The notes: a model not told the origin generated them from the letters alone. A stretch of DNA of 45,375 nucleotides from Octopus bimaculoides (GCF_001194135.2 NC_068995.1:25626646-25672020), one strand, 5' to 3'; counted from the first letter of the stretch, positions 11,286 through 23,825 are shown. Made by a program: numbers and translations.

Positions 11286-12302
11286 ATATATATTTCGTTT
11301 TTGGAGTTGGTTTGCAAGATTCTTTATGTGAGTTTGTGTGTTGAAGCATACTATGTTGTGTCAGGGGAGAGTCATTCTCTTTTAGTGCCTTATTATTTAA
11401 CACATTCGCCGGTAAAGTTTCCACTCCTTTATATATTTATTTTTCTAAAATTTTCGTCGAGTCTTGCAACCTTTACAATAGTTGTTGACTCTGCCCGAGC
11501 TGCGTTCTTTTTGTTTCTTTGTGCGCAGGTGTGTGGGTCAGTGTAGGTACGCATACACATATGTGTATGTATGCATGTGTGTATGTATGTATGCATGTGT
11601 GTATGTATGTATGAGTGTGTCTGTGTATGTGTGTGTATGGGTTTTGTGACTATGTACTGTGTCTGTATGTATGGACATGTATGTCCATATGTGTGTATGT
11701 GTCTCCATATGTGTCCTTGTCATGTGTTTCAATTTTCATTAGTGTATGAGTGTGTGTGTATGTATGCTTGTCTGTTCACATTACCCTTGTACCTATCTAT
11801 CTGTATGTCTATTTGTTTACATTCATATCCATTTGCCTACATACATGTGCATATACATATACGTATACATACACACACATACATACNNNNNNNNNNNNNN
11901 NNNNNNNNNNNNNNNNNNNNNNNNNNNNNNNNNNNNNNNNNNNNNNNNNNNNNNNNNNNNNNNNNNNNNNNNNNNNNNNNNNNNNNNNNNNNNNNNNNNN
12001 NNNNNNNNNNNNNNNNNNNNNNNNNNNNNNNNNNNNNNNNNNNNNNNNNNNNNNNNNNNNNNNNNNNNNNNNNNNNNNNNNNNNNNNNNNNNNNNNNNNN
12101 NNNNNNNNNNNNNNNNNNNNNNNNNNNNNNNNNNNNNNNNNNNNNNNNNNNNNNNNNNNNNNNNNNNNNNNNNNNNNNNNNNNNNNNNNNNNNNNNNNNN
12201 NNNNNNNNNNNNNNNNNNNNNNNNNNNNNNNNNNNNNNNNNNNNNNNNNNNNNNNNNNNNNNNNNNNNNNNNNNNNNNNNNNNNNNNNNNNNNNNNNNNN
12301 NN

Positions 12303-14170
12303 GTGGAGTTCCATGGCTTTTCAACAATCTTAATGTTGAGTTTGATCTCATTCAGAGCTCTCCTAAATCTACAGACTAGTTCTCCATGGGCTGTGGCCTC
12401 TACAAACATCACTCCTTGATATTTGTCGGTTTTATACCACGTTTTCACCCTGTTTCCCTTGTCACAAGCTCTTTGTATCCTATTTCAGTCTTTGCTTTTA
12501 TATCTAGGGCAGATAGCACTGGTTTCATTACGTATATTGGTATCTAACTTTTTCTAGCACCCCTGTATACTCGAACCCTATCCTTCTGATCATATCCAGA
12601 GAATTGCATGCGGTGCATGAAGTTCTGTACATGTTTCTTCGTTTCTTCGGGACACGTTGTTCATTATCCTAAGTCGGCAATCAGTGTCTTAATTTTCATG
12701 TTGTGCGACAAAGCTGAGTTCTTGCGAACAACATATTTCGAAGCTATAGAAGTGGAGGAGCTGCACTCTGTTGTTCACAGTCTCTAACCAAAGTTCAGTA
12801 TCAAGGACAGGGAGTCTATTGCTGGGGTGCTTAGTGGAGTAATCTATAGTTACCTCGATACTTTGGCGGATGGAGTTAACTACTTGCTGGGTGCTCTCCA
12901 TTATGTTCCTCTCAGTTTCTACATTACTGTTACAAGAGTTGGTCTTACCTAGGATAGTAATGTCGTCTACATACCTACAGTAAAGTAAAAGATTTGTGGA
13001 CTGTTCTGCTAAGGATTGCTTAAATTTTCTGTCCCACTAGGTCATGAAAAGGTCGGCCACATCTCCAGCTACACCGACACCAATGCCTGAACCTTGAACC
13101 TGCATATAGTTTCTTGTTAAACTTTACTATGTCGTTCTTCAAGGTGGTTCTTACACTAGTCTCTACTGCATGTGCAATCATTCTTTTCACCTGATTGTTG
13201 TTCTCTGGGTGTTGGGTAGGTACGGTCCAGCCACTCCAGCGCTCTGCGGTGCTTTTCTTCACTGCTGAGGTGATGGTGGGTGATCTTCCCCTCTGTGATC
13301 TGGTGGGGCAGAATCTACTGAGGTCATGGTCGTCTAAATAGTCACTGTCGAAGCTTAGTCTAAGGAGGAGGCCCAGTTTACTCGTGTTGACTTCACGGAA
13401 CTCTTCGTCACTCTCACAGATTATCTCAATGCATTTCTCTACAGCAAAATCTATGTCTATAGATGGGGAGAGTGAAATCACATCCATACTACCCACTACA
13501 CAATCTGTGAGGTCGTTGGAGTGGTTGCAAGTACTGATTTTACTGAGGAGATCCTCCGTGCTCACACATACATCTGGGGACATTTCTCTGAGAGGTCGTA
13601 ATACCTGTGAGAGGAAGTAGGATAGTCTATAATTGCTGGAGATATTCGCCCCGCAAACTGGTCGGGTTGGAGACTCCATAATAGGGTTTATGTAGAGTTT
13701 ATTGTCTTTGTGTAACCTGTATAGTGTAGGAACATCATTGTTGGATGCTTGGAAAGGTGTACAGTCCGTTTCTTAGGTTGGAGTATGTTGCACCACATTC
13801 CCATGTGTGCATTGAGAAGTTTTTCCACTCTTTCATGTTCCTGTGGTGCAACGTCTCTCATGCTACTGATGTGTTGTTGCAATGTCTGGACATGGTTCTG
13901 TGGGCTATCAGACTTGTCCGTAGAGAGGAACACTAGTTCCCTGTTCTTAATTTGCTGTTTCAGTTTTTGTAGGCTTTGGCAACAGATGAACTGAGTTGGT
14001 GGGTCCCCTCCTCATCATGTTTTTTAGTGTTTTTTTTGCACCGATCCAAAATGTGTCGGAGTCTATTTCTAACTAAGGAGATATTTGCTTCTGTTTCACT
14101 GTAAATTTGAGGTGGGATGCATACCTTTTTGTTGAAGGGTAGGTCTGTGGGGAAGATCCTCGTCATGTCA
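12303..14170 (-). mobile_element. Penelope-like retroelement, decayed RT ORF (3' end lost in N gap)
   Basis: Motifs in order: TDKS, VPTLYRLHKD, TRPVCGA, SMDVISLSPSI, TLKNDIVKF..QVQG, RYVDD (12962-12973), RLPVLDTELW, FMHRMQFSGY, VMFVEAT..KIVEK. Several frameshifts and stops. Confidence 0.9.
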
Positions 14171-14199
14171 TAAGATTTCTCATTAGAAGACAGAATGTA

Positions 14200-14660
14200 G
14201 AGTGTTATTATCGTTGAGGTTGTTGTTATAGTTGCTGGTATTGTTGGTGCTAGTGGTGGTGGTGGTAGTTGTGCCCATTGTTGCTGTTGTTATTGTTGTG
14301 AGTGGCGTTGCTGTTGGTGTTGATGTGGGTGGTGTTGATGGTAGTGGTGTGGATGATGTGGTTGGTATTGTTGTCTGTGTGGGGAATGTTGTTGTCATTT
14401 TTGTTGTTGCTATTATTATCGTTATTGTTGTTGTTATTATAATAGTTGTTTCAGTTTCGTATGCTTGTGTTGTTGTTGTTATAGCTAACATCTGGGGAGA
14501 ATGCCATTATTGTTGTTGTCATCAACATCGCTATTATTGCTGTTGTTTTGGTTTCGCATGTTTGCATTCTCCAACACCACCCACATCAACACCAACAGCA
14601 ACACCAATCACAACAACAATAAAAATAGAATTGTTGATGACAATAACAATAGTCCTTTAT
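14200..14660. repeat. (GTT/CAA)n-rich low-complexity tract with an internal inverted duplication
   Basis: Thr/Asn-rich on the minus strand. About 14291-14337 is the reverse complement of about 14572-14620. Confidence 0.8.
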
Positions 14661-14916
14661 AGTAAGTTGATGCAGATAGTTTACCCCGTCCCCTCCGACT
14701 ATTAGTTCATGCGATTGAGAAAGCAGCATTATTTATGGGCTGACCCAATATATATAACAAATTTCAGGAACAATTGGTACAGAAGGTTGTGAATTTTTCC
14801 TGTATCGAAATGCGATAAGCTGAAAAAAAATATTTTATAGTTCGCGGTGCACAGCCAGGGTCACCGAGTGTGCGAAAAAAAATCCAAGAATTAAGGAATG
14901 GAGTAGACAAAATCTG

Positions 14917-15000
14917 AGCTACGTATGTTTCATAGCGAGCGGAACCTCGGAAGTAGTAATTATCCAAGCGAGATGTATATCGCAGGCTACTCTTCAGGCC
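14917..15000 (-). ncRNA. Minimal type I hammerhead ribozyme motif
   Basis: Minus strand: GGC-CTGAAGA-GTAGC...GCTAT-GAAA-CATACG-TA-GCT. Core intact; stems I and II pair, with G-U wobbles. Confidence 0.7.
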
Positions 15001-15176
15001 AAGGATATCTTGGTTATATGAAATTTACATTGCCGTCAAGAGACCCATGTTAACACACGGAGGATTCCATGTGTTAACATGGATCTCCAAACGGCAATGT
15101 AAATTTCATATAATCCTCCATGTGTGAATATGAGTTTCCTAACGGCAACGTAACCTTCATATAATCAAGATAACTT

Positions 15177-15260
15177 GGTCTGAAGAGTAGCGTGTGGTAT
15201 ACACCTCGCCTGGATAATTACCACTCCCGAGGTTCCTCTCGCTATGAAATATATGTAACC
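15177..15260 (+). ncRNA. Minimal type I hammerhead ribozyme motif (inverted paralog of 14917-15000)
   Basis: GGT-CTGAAGA(15180-15186)-GTAGC...GCTAT-GAAA(15246-15249)-TATATG-TA-ACC. Confidence 0.7.
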
Positions 15261-15262
15261 CG

Positions 15263-15294
<32 letters not shown>

Positions 15295-15709
15295 GCACAC
15301 ACAAACACACGCAAAATCTCAGTGACTATTGGCATGTTTATGAAAAACATACACAAATAAAGGTATATTAAATAGCATACAACATAAATCCTTGATTTTT
15401 TTCTAAAAGTATCTCAGAGGATGTGTCACAGTTACGAAATGGTAATTAAAATAGGTTTCGTATAAGAAGGGTGAAATAATTTCAAGAGTCGAGAACCTTT
15501 TCTGTGGTAGCCCAAGGACTTAAACATATACTAAAATGAATAGAACACATTTATGGCCTGGGTAAGTTGCATGAGTTAAACAAAAATGACTCAGATAGGC
15601 CAGTGCCATGTATATAACTCAACACAAATCCTTGATTTTTTAAAAAATTATCTCTGCCTCTAGAAGATATGTCACAATTACTAAATTGCAATTTAGACCA
15701 GCTGCATAC

Positions 15710-15799
15710 GAGAAAGGAAGATTTGAGAAAGGAAGATATGAGAAAGGAAGATATGGAAAAGGAAGATATGAGAAAGGAAGATATGAGAAGGGAGGACTT
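15710..15799 (+). repeat. 15-bp minisatellite (GAGAAAGGAAGATAT) x6
   Basis: Six tandem units seen directly. Confidence 0.95.
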
Positions 15800-17367
15800 A
15801 AGACGCAAGAATTCTCGAATGTTGTTTGATAATTATTATTTTATTGTGCTGTATAATTTTTCTCGGTGATAGTCATTTATCGTTTTTCAATACAACGCAA
15901 TTATAAAAACAGGAAGCCCATAATTCTGATATTTGAGGTATAATTACAGTTATTTTACCTGAACACTTTATTCCTAAAGGATTTGTTCCCTTTCAACCTC
16001 CCCTACAAACCAGCTTCTACACGCAGTGTAAAAATTTCAGCGCTTTCGAAACACAAGTCATCTGTGAACGGAGGACGCTATAGGAAGTCCTGAATGAAAT
16101 TGCCCGTTTCAAGAACGAGGATAGACGAAATCTGTTATGTAGAGAAATTGAAAAATGCTACGTTACAGAAACTCACAAGTTCATGAAATCTGTATTAAAG
16201 TGGAATGATAATGCTTCTAAACAAGATTTCGAGTGTTAATGGTTTACATGCGAGTTGAAACTTGGGTAGTTACCAACACTCGACGGAATTTACAGTCATA
16301 TAAAAATAATGCATTTGAAAAGAAAGAAAAAGATGATCAAGCGAGAAATAACATGATTATGATTTTCCTTCAGTTTTAATTGTACAGGCATCCTCAAGAT
16401 CACAGATGTTTTATTGCGTATGCTTATTTTCATTTCTTGTCCGTTGTATCCTTTGTTCAAGTTAATCTCTCTATCACATCAAATCCTCATTCAAGTTCTC
16501 TCTTGTCCAAGTTTAAGCCTTCTAATATCATTCTTTATTCTTTTGACAGTGTAAGCTTGTAAGTTCAGATTCGTATTAATACAAGTCTACTTTCTGCCTC
16601 AGCTTTTTATTCAAAACACCATTACTAAACTATTATGGCTTGTATTGTTACCTTGTCTTCTATTTAGAGTGCGTATATTGTGTAGGAAGAGCGGATTTAG
16701 TCGTTAAGTTTATACGTTTATAAGTTTATAAGAGCACTCACATCACTAATAAAATAATATTCATGTGGATGTTAATGTAAATAATCTTATTTAAAGAGGA
16801 AATAGAAAAATTACCGCGAATATCAGCTATTAAAATTAAATGACGACATGAAACCTATTCAATTCATAGTAACTCATGGCTATAAGAATACAGAAAGATT
16901 CTACATTACATTTCTAAAATAAGGTTAAACTCAAAGAAAATATATAGTTTGTAGATCTCAGTTGTCCTAAATTCTGCAATTTCAATATTCTACAAGTAAT
17001 CAGTTTTATTTGTCACGAGACCACATCACAGGTTAAAGGTAATCTCCATTCAGAAATATTTGAATTTAGAATGAAGTGTAACTAAATTAAATACTGATGA
17101 TTTTGGGCAGAGATATATGACTTAAGATATATGATAAATCTTAGTATTACTGGTATCCAACTAATATTACATTACCAATAAAGAAAGTTGTCTCAGGTTT
17201 TACTGCGAGTGAAAATTATAAGGTCCATAAAACGAGATCACGATTGTGTTTTTCAAAATGTTCCTATATACCTATTGACTAAATTCCTATCAACTAGCCT
17301 TGTTTCTAGGCTAGAAACATTACTTTTCCACAGGTGCGAAATTCGAAAAATGAAACCGGAAATATAC

Positions 17368-17506
<139 letters not shown>

Positions 17507-17507
17507 T

Positions 17508-18950
17508 AGAGATTTGACTGCAAAGCCAACTTTTCTGGTCTTCCCAAAATCCACAAAAGTGAAGCCATAAACGAAGCTTGTAGCAATTCAACTTCTTTGA
17601 TCATGAATATTCCACATCCGCGAGATCTCAAAATGAGACCAATTGTGGCCGGTCCTTTGTGTGAAACACACAGACTCAGTAATTTTATTGACGTCCTCCT
17701 AAATCCTATTCCCCAGCAAGGGCTCCTTTCTAGTTTCATTCGATATTATAAACCTCTACACCTAGATTCCTCACGAATACAGAATAGAAACCATACAATT
17801 CTGGCTGGAAAAATTTCCAAATGACATTCCTGACCGAATCGGAAAAGGATTCATCGTTGAAAGACTAAATTTCATCCTACAGAACAATTTCTTCAACACT
17901 GCGATGAGAACGAGTGTAGCCCCTACTAACCTTGTTATGGCATACTTGGAAGTCCAAATATACGAGCATGCTAGACTGAAATTTGGAGACAACTACCAAA
18001 AGTACTTAATCGCCAACAAGAAACGCTACCTGGATGATTGTTTCATTCCGTGGTCGCATAAGCTTGAGCAACTCTTAGAATTTAGAAACTTAATGAACAG
18101 CATTAACCACAGTATTAAGGACAGTATCCAATTTACAATGGAATACAGCCACACCAGCTACCCTTCCTGGACATTTTGTCATAAAAAGAGATACTAACAT
18201 CGAAACCGACATCTACTTTAAACCAACGAACTCGAAACAATATCCTCTATTCTCTTCCTGCCACCAAAAGCATACTAAAATCAATATACCTTTCAACTTG
18301 GTAAGATAAATCTACACGATTGCATCAAATCCTGAAACCCGAGATAAACGACTCCAAAACCTTAAAAATACATTACTAGAAAGAAAGCACCCGGCTAGTT
18401 TAATCAAAAACGGAATAGAACGTGCAAAAACGATAGACATACTACAGTTACGAAAAACAAGAAAACCCATGACACGCATAAAACTTTGTCTTACGTATCA
18501 ACACACAATCCGATGAAGATGGAAGCATACAATATCATCCATCAAAATATACCTCTCATTATGAAAGAGCTACCAGTAAAAAAAAAAAGCACTGGAAACA
18601 TATTATTAAAAGCAAGAGACAACCGCAATCCCTAAAAAGATTACTTACCAACGCCAACCCATCAAAAATACAATCCCAATAGTCAAAAAAATGCAACCGC
18701 CCTAATTGCAGGATTTGCATCTACCTCTTGGAGGGTTTAATGTATAAATTTAAATCAGGTCAAACTTTCACCATAAAGAACCACTTCACCTGTGCATCGA
18801 AGAACTTAATCTATGTCCTCAAATATAGTGGGTGTGATGGAGACTACATAGGTCAAACTAGATGAGGGACAGACTGGCGGTAAACAGGCAACAAATCAGG
18901 GACGCCACGACCAGGAAAATTCCCGTAAGCAAACGCCGCACACATAAACC
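17508..18950 (+). mobile_element. Penelope-like retroelement (Neptune-like), RT + Cys-rich linker + GIY-YIG endonuclease, decayed
   Basis: GLPKIHKS, DLKMRPIVAGP, LQNNFF, RYLDDCF (YLDD at 18027-18038), LPFLD, DIYFKPT, CNRPNCRIC, TCASKNLIYVL..DYIGQT (18806-18853) and RQQIRD. Frameshifts and stops throughout. Confidence 0.9.
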
Positions 18951-19331
18951 AGAAGTAACAAATCTTGTTCGATTTCTACGTCGAATTTTAGGATCTTTCT
19001 GATTTGGCGGGCGTCACTTTTTATTTATGTTTTATTTAGTGTGTTTTCTACCGAAACACTTTAAAACTTCGTATACTTGTATATTTTGTCTTCTAGAACA
19101 GAGAAACATTTTTATATTCGAACTTATTTCATGTTAAAAGTTGTATTTCGGTACATTCAACCAATCACTGACGTCTATTGACGTGAAAACAATTACTGCT
19201 GTGGAATATAAACAAGACATTCTAGTGGTGTAATGGGATCTTTTCCTTTGAATAAAATTAGTGCCGTTGTTTGTTAACAGCAACTATCGGCGGTACTGTT
19301 ATTTATGACATCGTTCGTGCGTTTGTACTGG

Positions 19332-19443
19332 TTTTAGCTTTAGGGTTTTAGGGTTAGGGTTAGGGTTAGGGTTTGACAAAAATACTCATAACCCTAACCC
19401 TAACCCTATCTCTAAAACCCGAACCCTGACCCTAAAACCCTTA
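19332..19443. repeat. Interstitial telomere-like repeats, (TTAGGG)n followed by (CCCTAA)n
   Basis: About 5 TTAGGG units (19340-19373), a spacer of about 16 bp, then AACCCT/CCCTAA-like units to about 19443. Confidence 0.9.
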
Positions 19444-19821
19444 AGCGACGATTACGGTCTTTTATGATGATGTAATGTTCTCATTCTTCTATCAAAACTT
19501 ACGTTAGAAACAGCTCTAATGAGCTGACAATTATCCATCCTATGTTACTATTCATTTAATTACAATACACCAATGGATTTACGACTTGTTGGACACCCTA
19601 GAGTATACCAACAACGTATTATTCGGAGTAACGCGTGATTTGGACCAGCCCCTAGGCGCTAAAAGCTTATGGGGCTGGTTTTCTCTGTGTACACAACTGA
19701 AATATCCTATCTGATGTTTCGATTCTCACCAACCATAGGCCGGAACCACAGATATTACCCAACTCTACCTAGTGCATACTTTTCAAGTACCTGATTCAAT
19801 CGGAATTCTCGTCTTACTACA

Positions 19822-20008
<187 letters not shown>

Positions 20009-21609
20009 ATGTATATAAGTACGTATTTTGTGTGTATAATGAGGGCTGAAAAATCACTGTTATATCACTCTCGATGATACTTCCTGAAACAAAATTGTGT
20101 GTGATCCTTTATTCGATGTCACTATGAGAAAGATCCCGTGTTATTGTTTATCCTTTCCAACTTCAGAAAGTACTATTTGACGAAAAGCATACCACTCACC
20201 ACATTTCCATATTTTACAGAGATGACCACGTAGTAGTATCTATCATTATGAACGGCTATACAAAATAGACAGATTTGAATAATACTTAATATGATAATTA
20301 AGGTTTTAACAATTAGCACTAATTTAATAAAAGACAACTAATAAATTTTAAATCCAGCAAATACTATCACGTGAAACAGCTAAACGAACGTACTATCTTT
20401 TATCTATCCATCATGAGGGATATCTAACAAAGCAGTCATCTGTTATAATGATACACTAGCTAACATCTGAGATAAGTTAGTATACATAAATAAAAATAAC
20501 TTACAACTAAGAGTAGAACTAAGAAAACTACTGATTTCCCTTAATCCACCATATAATGTATATGTGACCAGGATATAACCACAAACTTTCTAGTTCTTGT
20601 AAAAACCAGTTCGCACCATTACTCCTGGGGTTAGAATAGCCGTATTGTCTGTTCTTATGGAATACCCACGTTTAATTGCCGATGACCACTGCTCTTCAGT
20701 ATAAATACTGCTTTCATCTCTAATAGAGATTTTTTTAACGAGCTAGTTTGCTAACTACAAGGCACATCTACACAAACCATATCCTAACATCCAACTTATA
20801 ACTATCAAACTTTTTCTACCCTTCCATCGTTTCTCCATAGCAGTTATATATAAAGCATCCATAGGCACGCCGGGACAGTATTAAAACTATTCGAGATTCA
20901 CTGAGAACACTTTTAAGTGTCGTTATTCACTCATTTAGATCTTGAAATAGAAAAACACTTTACATCCTCGTCTAAATCTGTCTGGAAATATAAGGACCAA
21001 AGATCTGAATCCCCTTCAGTAACATGAAGCCTAGCCGACAGAGCCACTATATACTTCAATTGATCATGAAACTATATGCGTTGTCTAACAGAAAAGCTCC
21101 AGATACTATTACTTATCCTGATATTCGAAATAATACGGAACTGCCAACACCTCTGGAGATCTTCTTAATAGCTTTCAAATGCCTGAAAGATCCAGGCTTA
21201 TGTACACAATTTCGTAGTCATCAGATTTAACAGTCAGTAAATTACAAGCTTGGACTGAGCAATCACACTTTACACCATAGTAAACTAGTCAGAATCGGTT
21301 TACGACATAACTGCACATATAACCCGTCTTGACCTATAAGTAACCTGCTTAGGGATTTGTAAAGAGAGCTTTATTCACTATATATTGATATTGTCTGACG
21401 TATGATCACAGCTATACACCTTTCATCATCGTCTGCTTTATTAGGTCTATTTTGAAAGTCAATAATAGATATCTATATTTTTTTTCTGCATATACCATGC
21501 TAACAGGTGTCAACGATCATGGTCCGTCACTCCAATTAGAACATTCCCATGGGGACAGTCATTCAAAAGCCTATTGGTAAGGATATCGAATATCTTTTTC
21601 TCTCACTTC

Positions 21610-21900
21610 CCTTGCTCCTTCTTCTTTTCCGTTTTTCGTATATCAATTAAGTGTCCCATGAATTTCGCTTATTTCTTATGTTGTTAAGAGGTTTTCTGGC
21701 GATGATTGTTCGTCTAAGGACTTCGACATTTTCACAATGTCTCGGTCTACGAGACCTTCAATATTCTATGAAGAAACAATGTTTCTACAACATTGATAAG
21801 CTTTTGCACGTGTCTTTTGAAATCCTAGGCCATAAAACTATAGTTAAGGCTGGATCTATGTATGCCTGTACAAGTCTTTTCCTCACTTTTATTCATAGCC
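21610..21900 (-). mobile_element. RTE LINE C-terminal fragment
   Basis: Frameshifted minus-strand reading gives RKxLVQAYIDP..ISK...FLHRILKVS..NVEVLRR...KFMGHLI. Confidence 0.6.
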
Positions 21901-22239
21901 ATTTGTCTGATCTCACCAAAAACTAGCATTGATCTACTCAGTCCTTCACTTGATTTCTTTGATGTGTAATTCTCATGTTATATAATGATGGCTCAGAAAT
22001 ATATATAAACACATGGGTATGTTCAAAATAGTTCCAAATTAGCAGTGCTTTCTCTGACAGTGTTACAAGCACTGTTTCTAGTTTCACCCTCCGATCTGTA
22101 CATCTGCGAGATAATCAATAGATAGCTTAATCATTTCAGTGCATAAGTAAAATGGGCTTGGAGATAACGCAGTCTTATGTATGTATATATATATGTGTTG
22201 TGTGTGTGCATGTGTGTGTGTGTGTGTTTGCATGAATAT

Positions 22240-22536
22240 ATATATATATAGTTTTAGGGAAAAAACTAAGGTTCATCGATGAAAATCCAGTCACATATAG
22301 AAAAAATTAATAAAATCACAATAAGTATGATATAATACAAAGTAAATATCATAAGATAAAGGTAAGAAAACGACTACACGTGTTTCATAACCAATTTTCA
22401 AATAGAAAAAATGAATGTATATAAAATACTTATTATATTAAGATAGAAAAATAATATTAAAAATATCAAAATAATAAACATTCCATAATCAACCCTACAT
22501 TCATTTGTTATTTATTGTTGGTTGATATATACATTC

Positions 22537-22591
<55 letters not shown>

Positions 22592-22866
22592 GTATTTTGA
22601 CCTGAAGATTAGCTATATTTTTTAATAGAATTCATTTTCGATAATTTTAATTGATTTTAATCGATTTAAATTTTCTCTCTATTTGAAAATTGGTTATGAA
22701 ACACGTGTAGTCATTTTATTATCTTTATCTTATGATATTTACTTTGTATTATATTATACTTATTTATTGTGCTTTTACTTATTAAGTTTGCTATATGTGA
22801 CAGTTGATTTTCATCGATGAATTCATGAACCTTGGTTTTTTTCCCCTAAAACTATATATATATATA
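22240..22866. repeat. Long inverted repeat (arms about 22240-22410 and 22672-22866), PLE pseudo-LTR-like
   Basis: The arms are clear reverse complements (e.g. GACTACACGTGTTTCATAACCAATTTTCAAATAGA vs TCTATTTGAAAATTGGTTATGAAACACGTGTAGTC). The spacer contains (TTA)n. Confidence 0.85.
22597..22713 (+). ncRNA. Type I hammerhead-like motif, stem II imperfect
   Basis: TGAC-CTGAAGA(22602-22608)-TTAGC...GGTTAT-GAAA(22698-22701)-CACGTG-TA-GTCA. Confidence 0.55.
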
Positions 22867-23448
22867 TTTAATACTGGGAAATTTGACTTAATTTTAATTT
22901 TTATAAATTGATTTTAATTGAGTTTTTACCTCTAATTTTAGATTTTGATCCCTAATGGGTTGGGAGCTTGATCGGCAGAGATGATCAGGTTACACATGCT
23001 AGCCCTTTGAAAACACCACCGCCATCATCTAACCCCTCTTTTCCCATGGGTTAGGAACCCTTCCAGCAAGGAAAACAGAATGACCAAAAGGGCTCCCGAT
23101 TCTCTGTGTCAGAAGCGGTTCTGTTCAGATCACAACGAAGTCTTAAATATNNNNNNNNNNNNNNNNNNNNNNNNNNNNNNNNNNNNNNNNNNNNNNNNNN
23201 NNNNNNNNNNNNNNNNNNNNNNNNNNNNNNNNNNNNNNNNNNNNNNNNNNNNNNNNNNNNNNNNNNNNNNNNNNNNNNNNNNNNNNNNNNNNNNNNNNNN
23301 NNNNNNNNNNNNNNNNNNNNNNNNNNNNNNNNNNNNNNNNNNNNNNNNNNNNNNNNNNNNNNNNNNNNNNNNNNNNNNNNNNNNNNNNNNNNNNNNNNNN
23401 NNNNNNNNNNNNNNNNNNNNNNNNNNNNNNNNNNNNNNNNNNNNNNNN

Positions 23449-23481
<33 letters not shown>

Positions 23482-23825
23482 ATATGAGCAACACACACAT
23501 ACACATACGCACGTATGTACACCAATTGCACACATATTTTTTGTACGCATACATGTTCGTATGTGTGTGTGTGTGTTTGCCCGTATATCAACAAAACACA
23601 CACACACATCTTGCCTATATATGCATATATATATACGGATAAATACGGATAAATGATTTAAAATAAATATATTTTGGAAATGGCAATTTACGGTACAATA
23701 CCTAGAAACGTGAAAATCAGACCACGGGTTTGTTTACATCAATTCGGCAGTTTCCGTAAAAAGTGTTGGGTTAGGGAAGTGGAAAAGAACGCTAAAGAGA
23801 TAGAGAGAGCGCGCTCTCCCTCTCT

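Noticed and set aside
21195-21230. Minus-strand CTGATGA-CTAC-GAAA-TTGTG-TA
   Set aside because: No stem II or stem I pairing.
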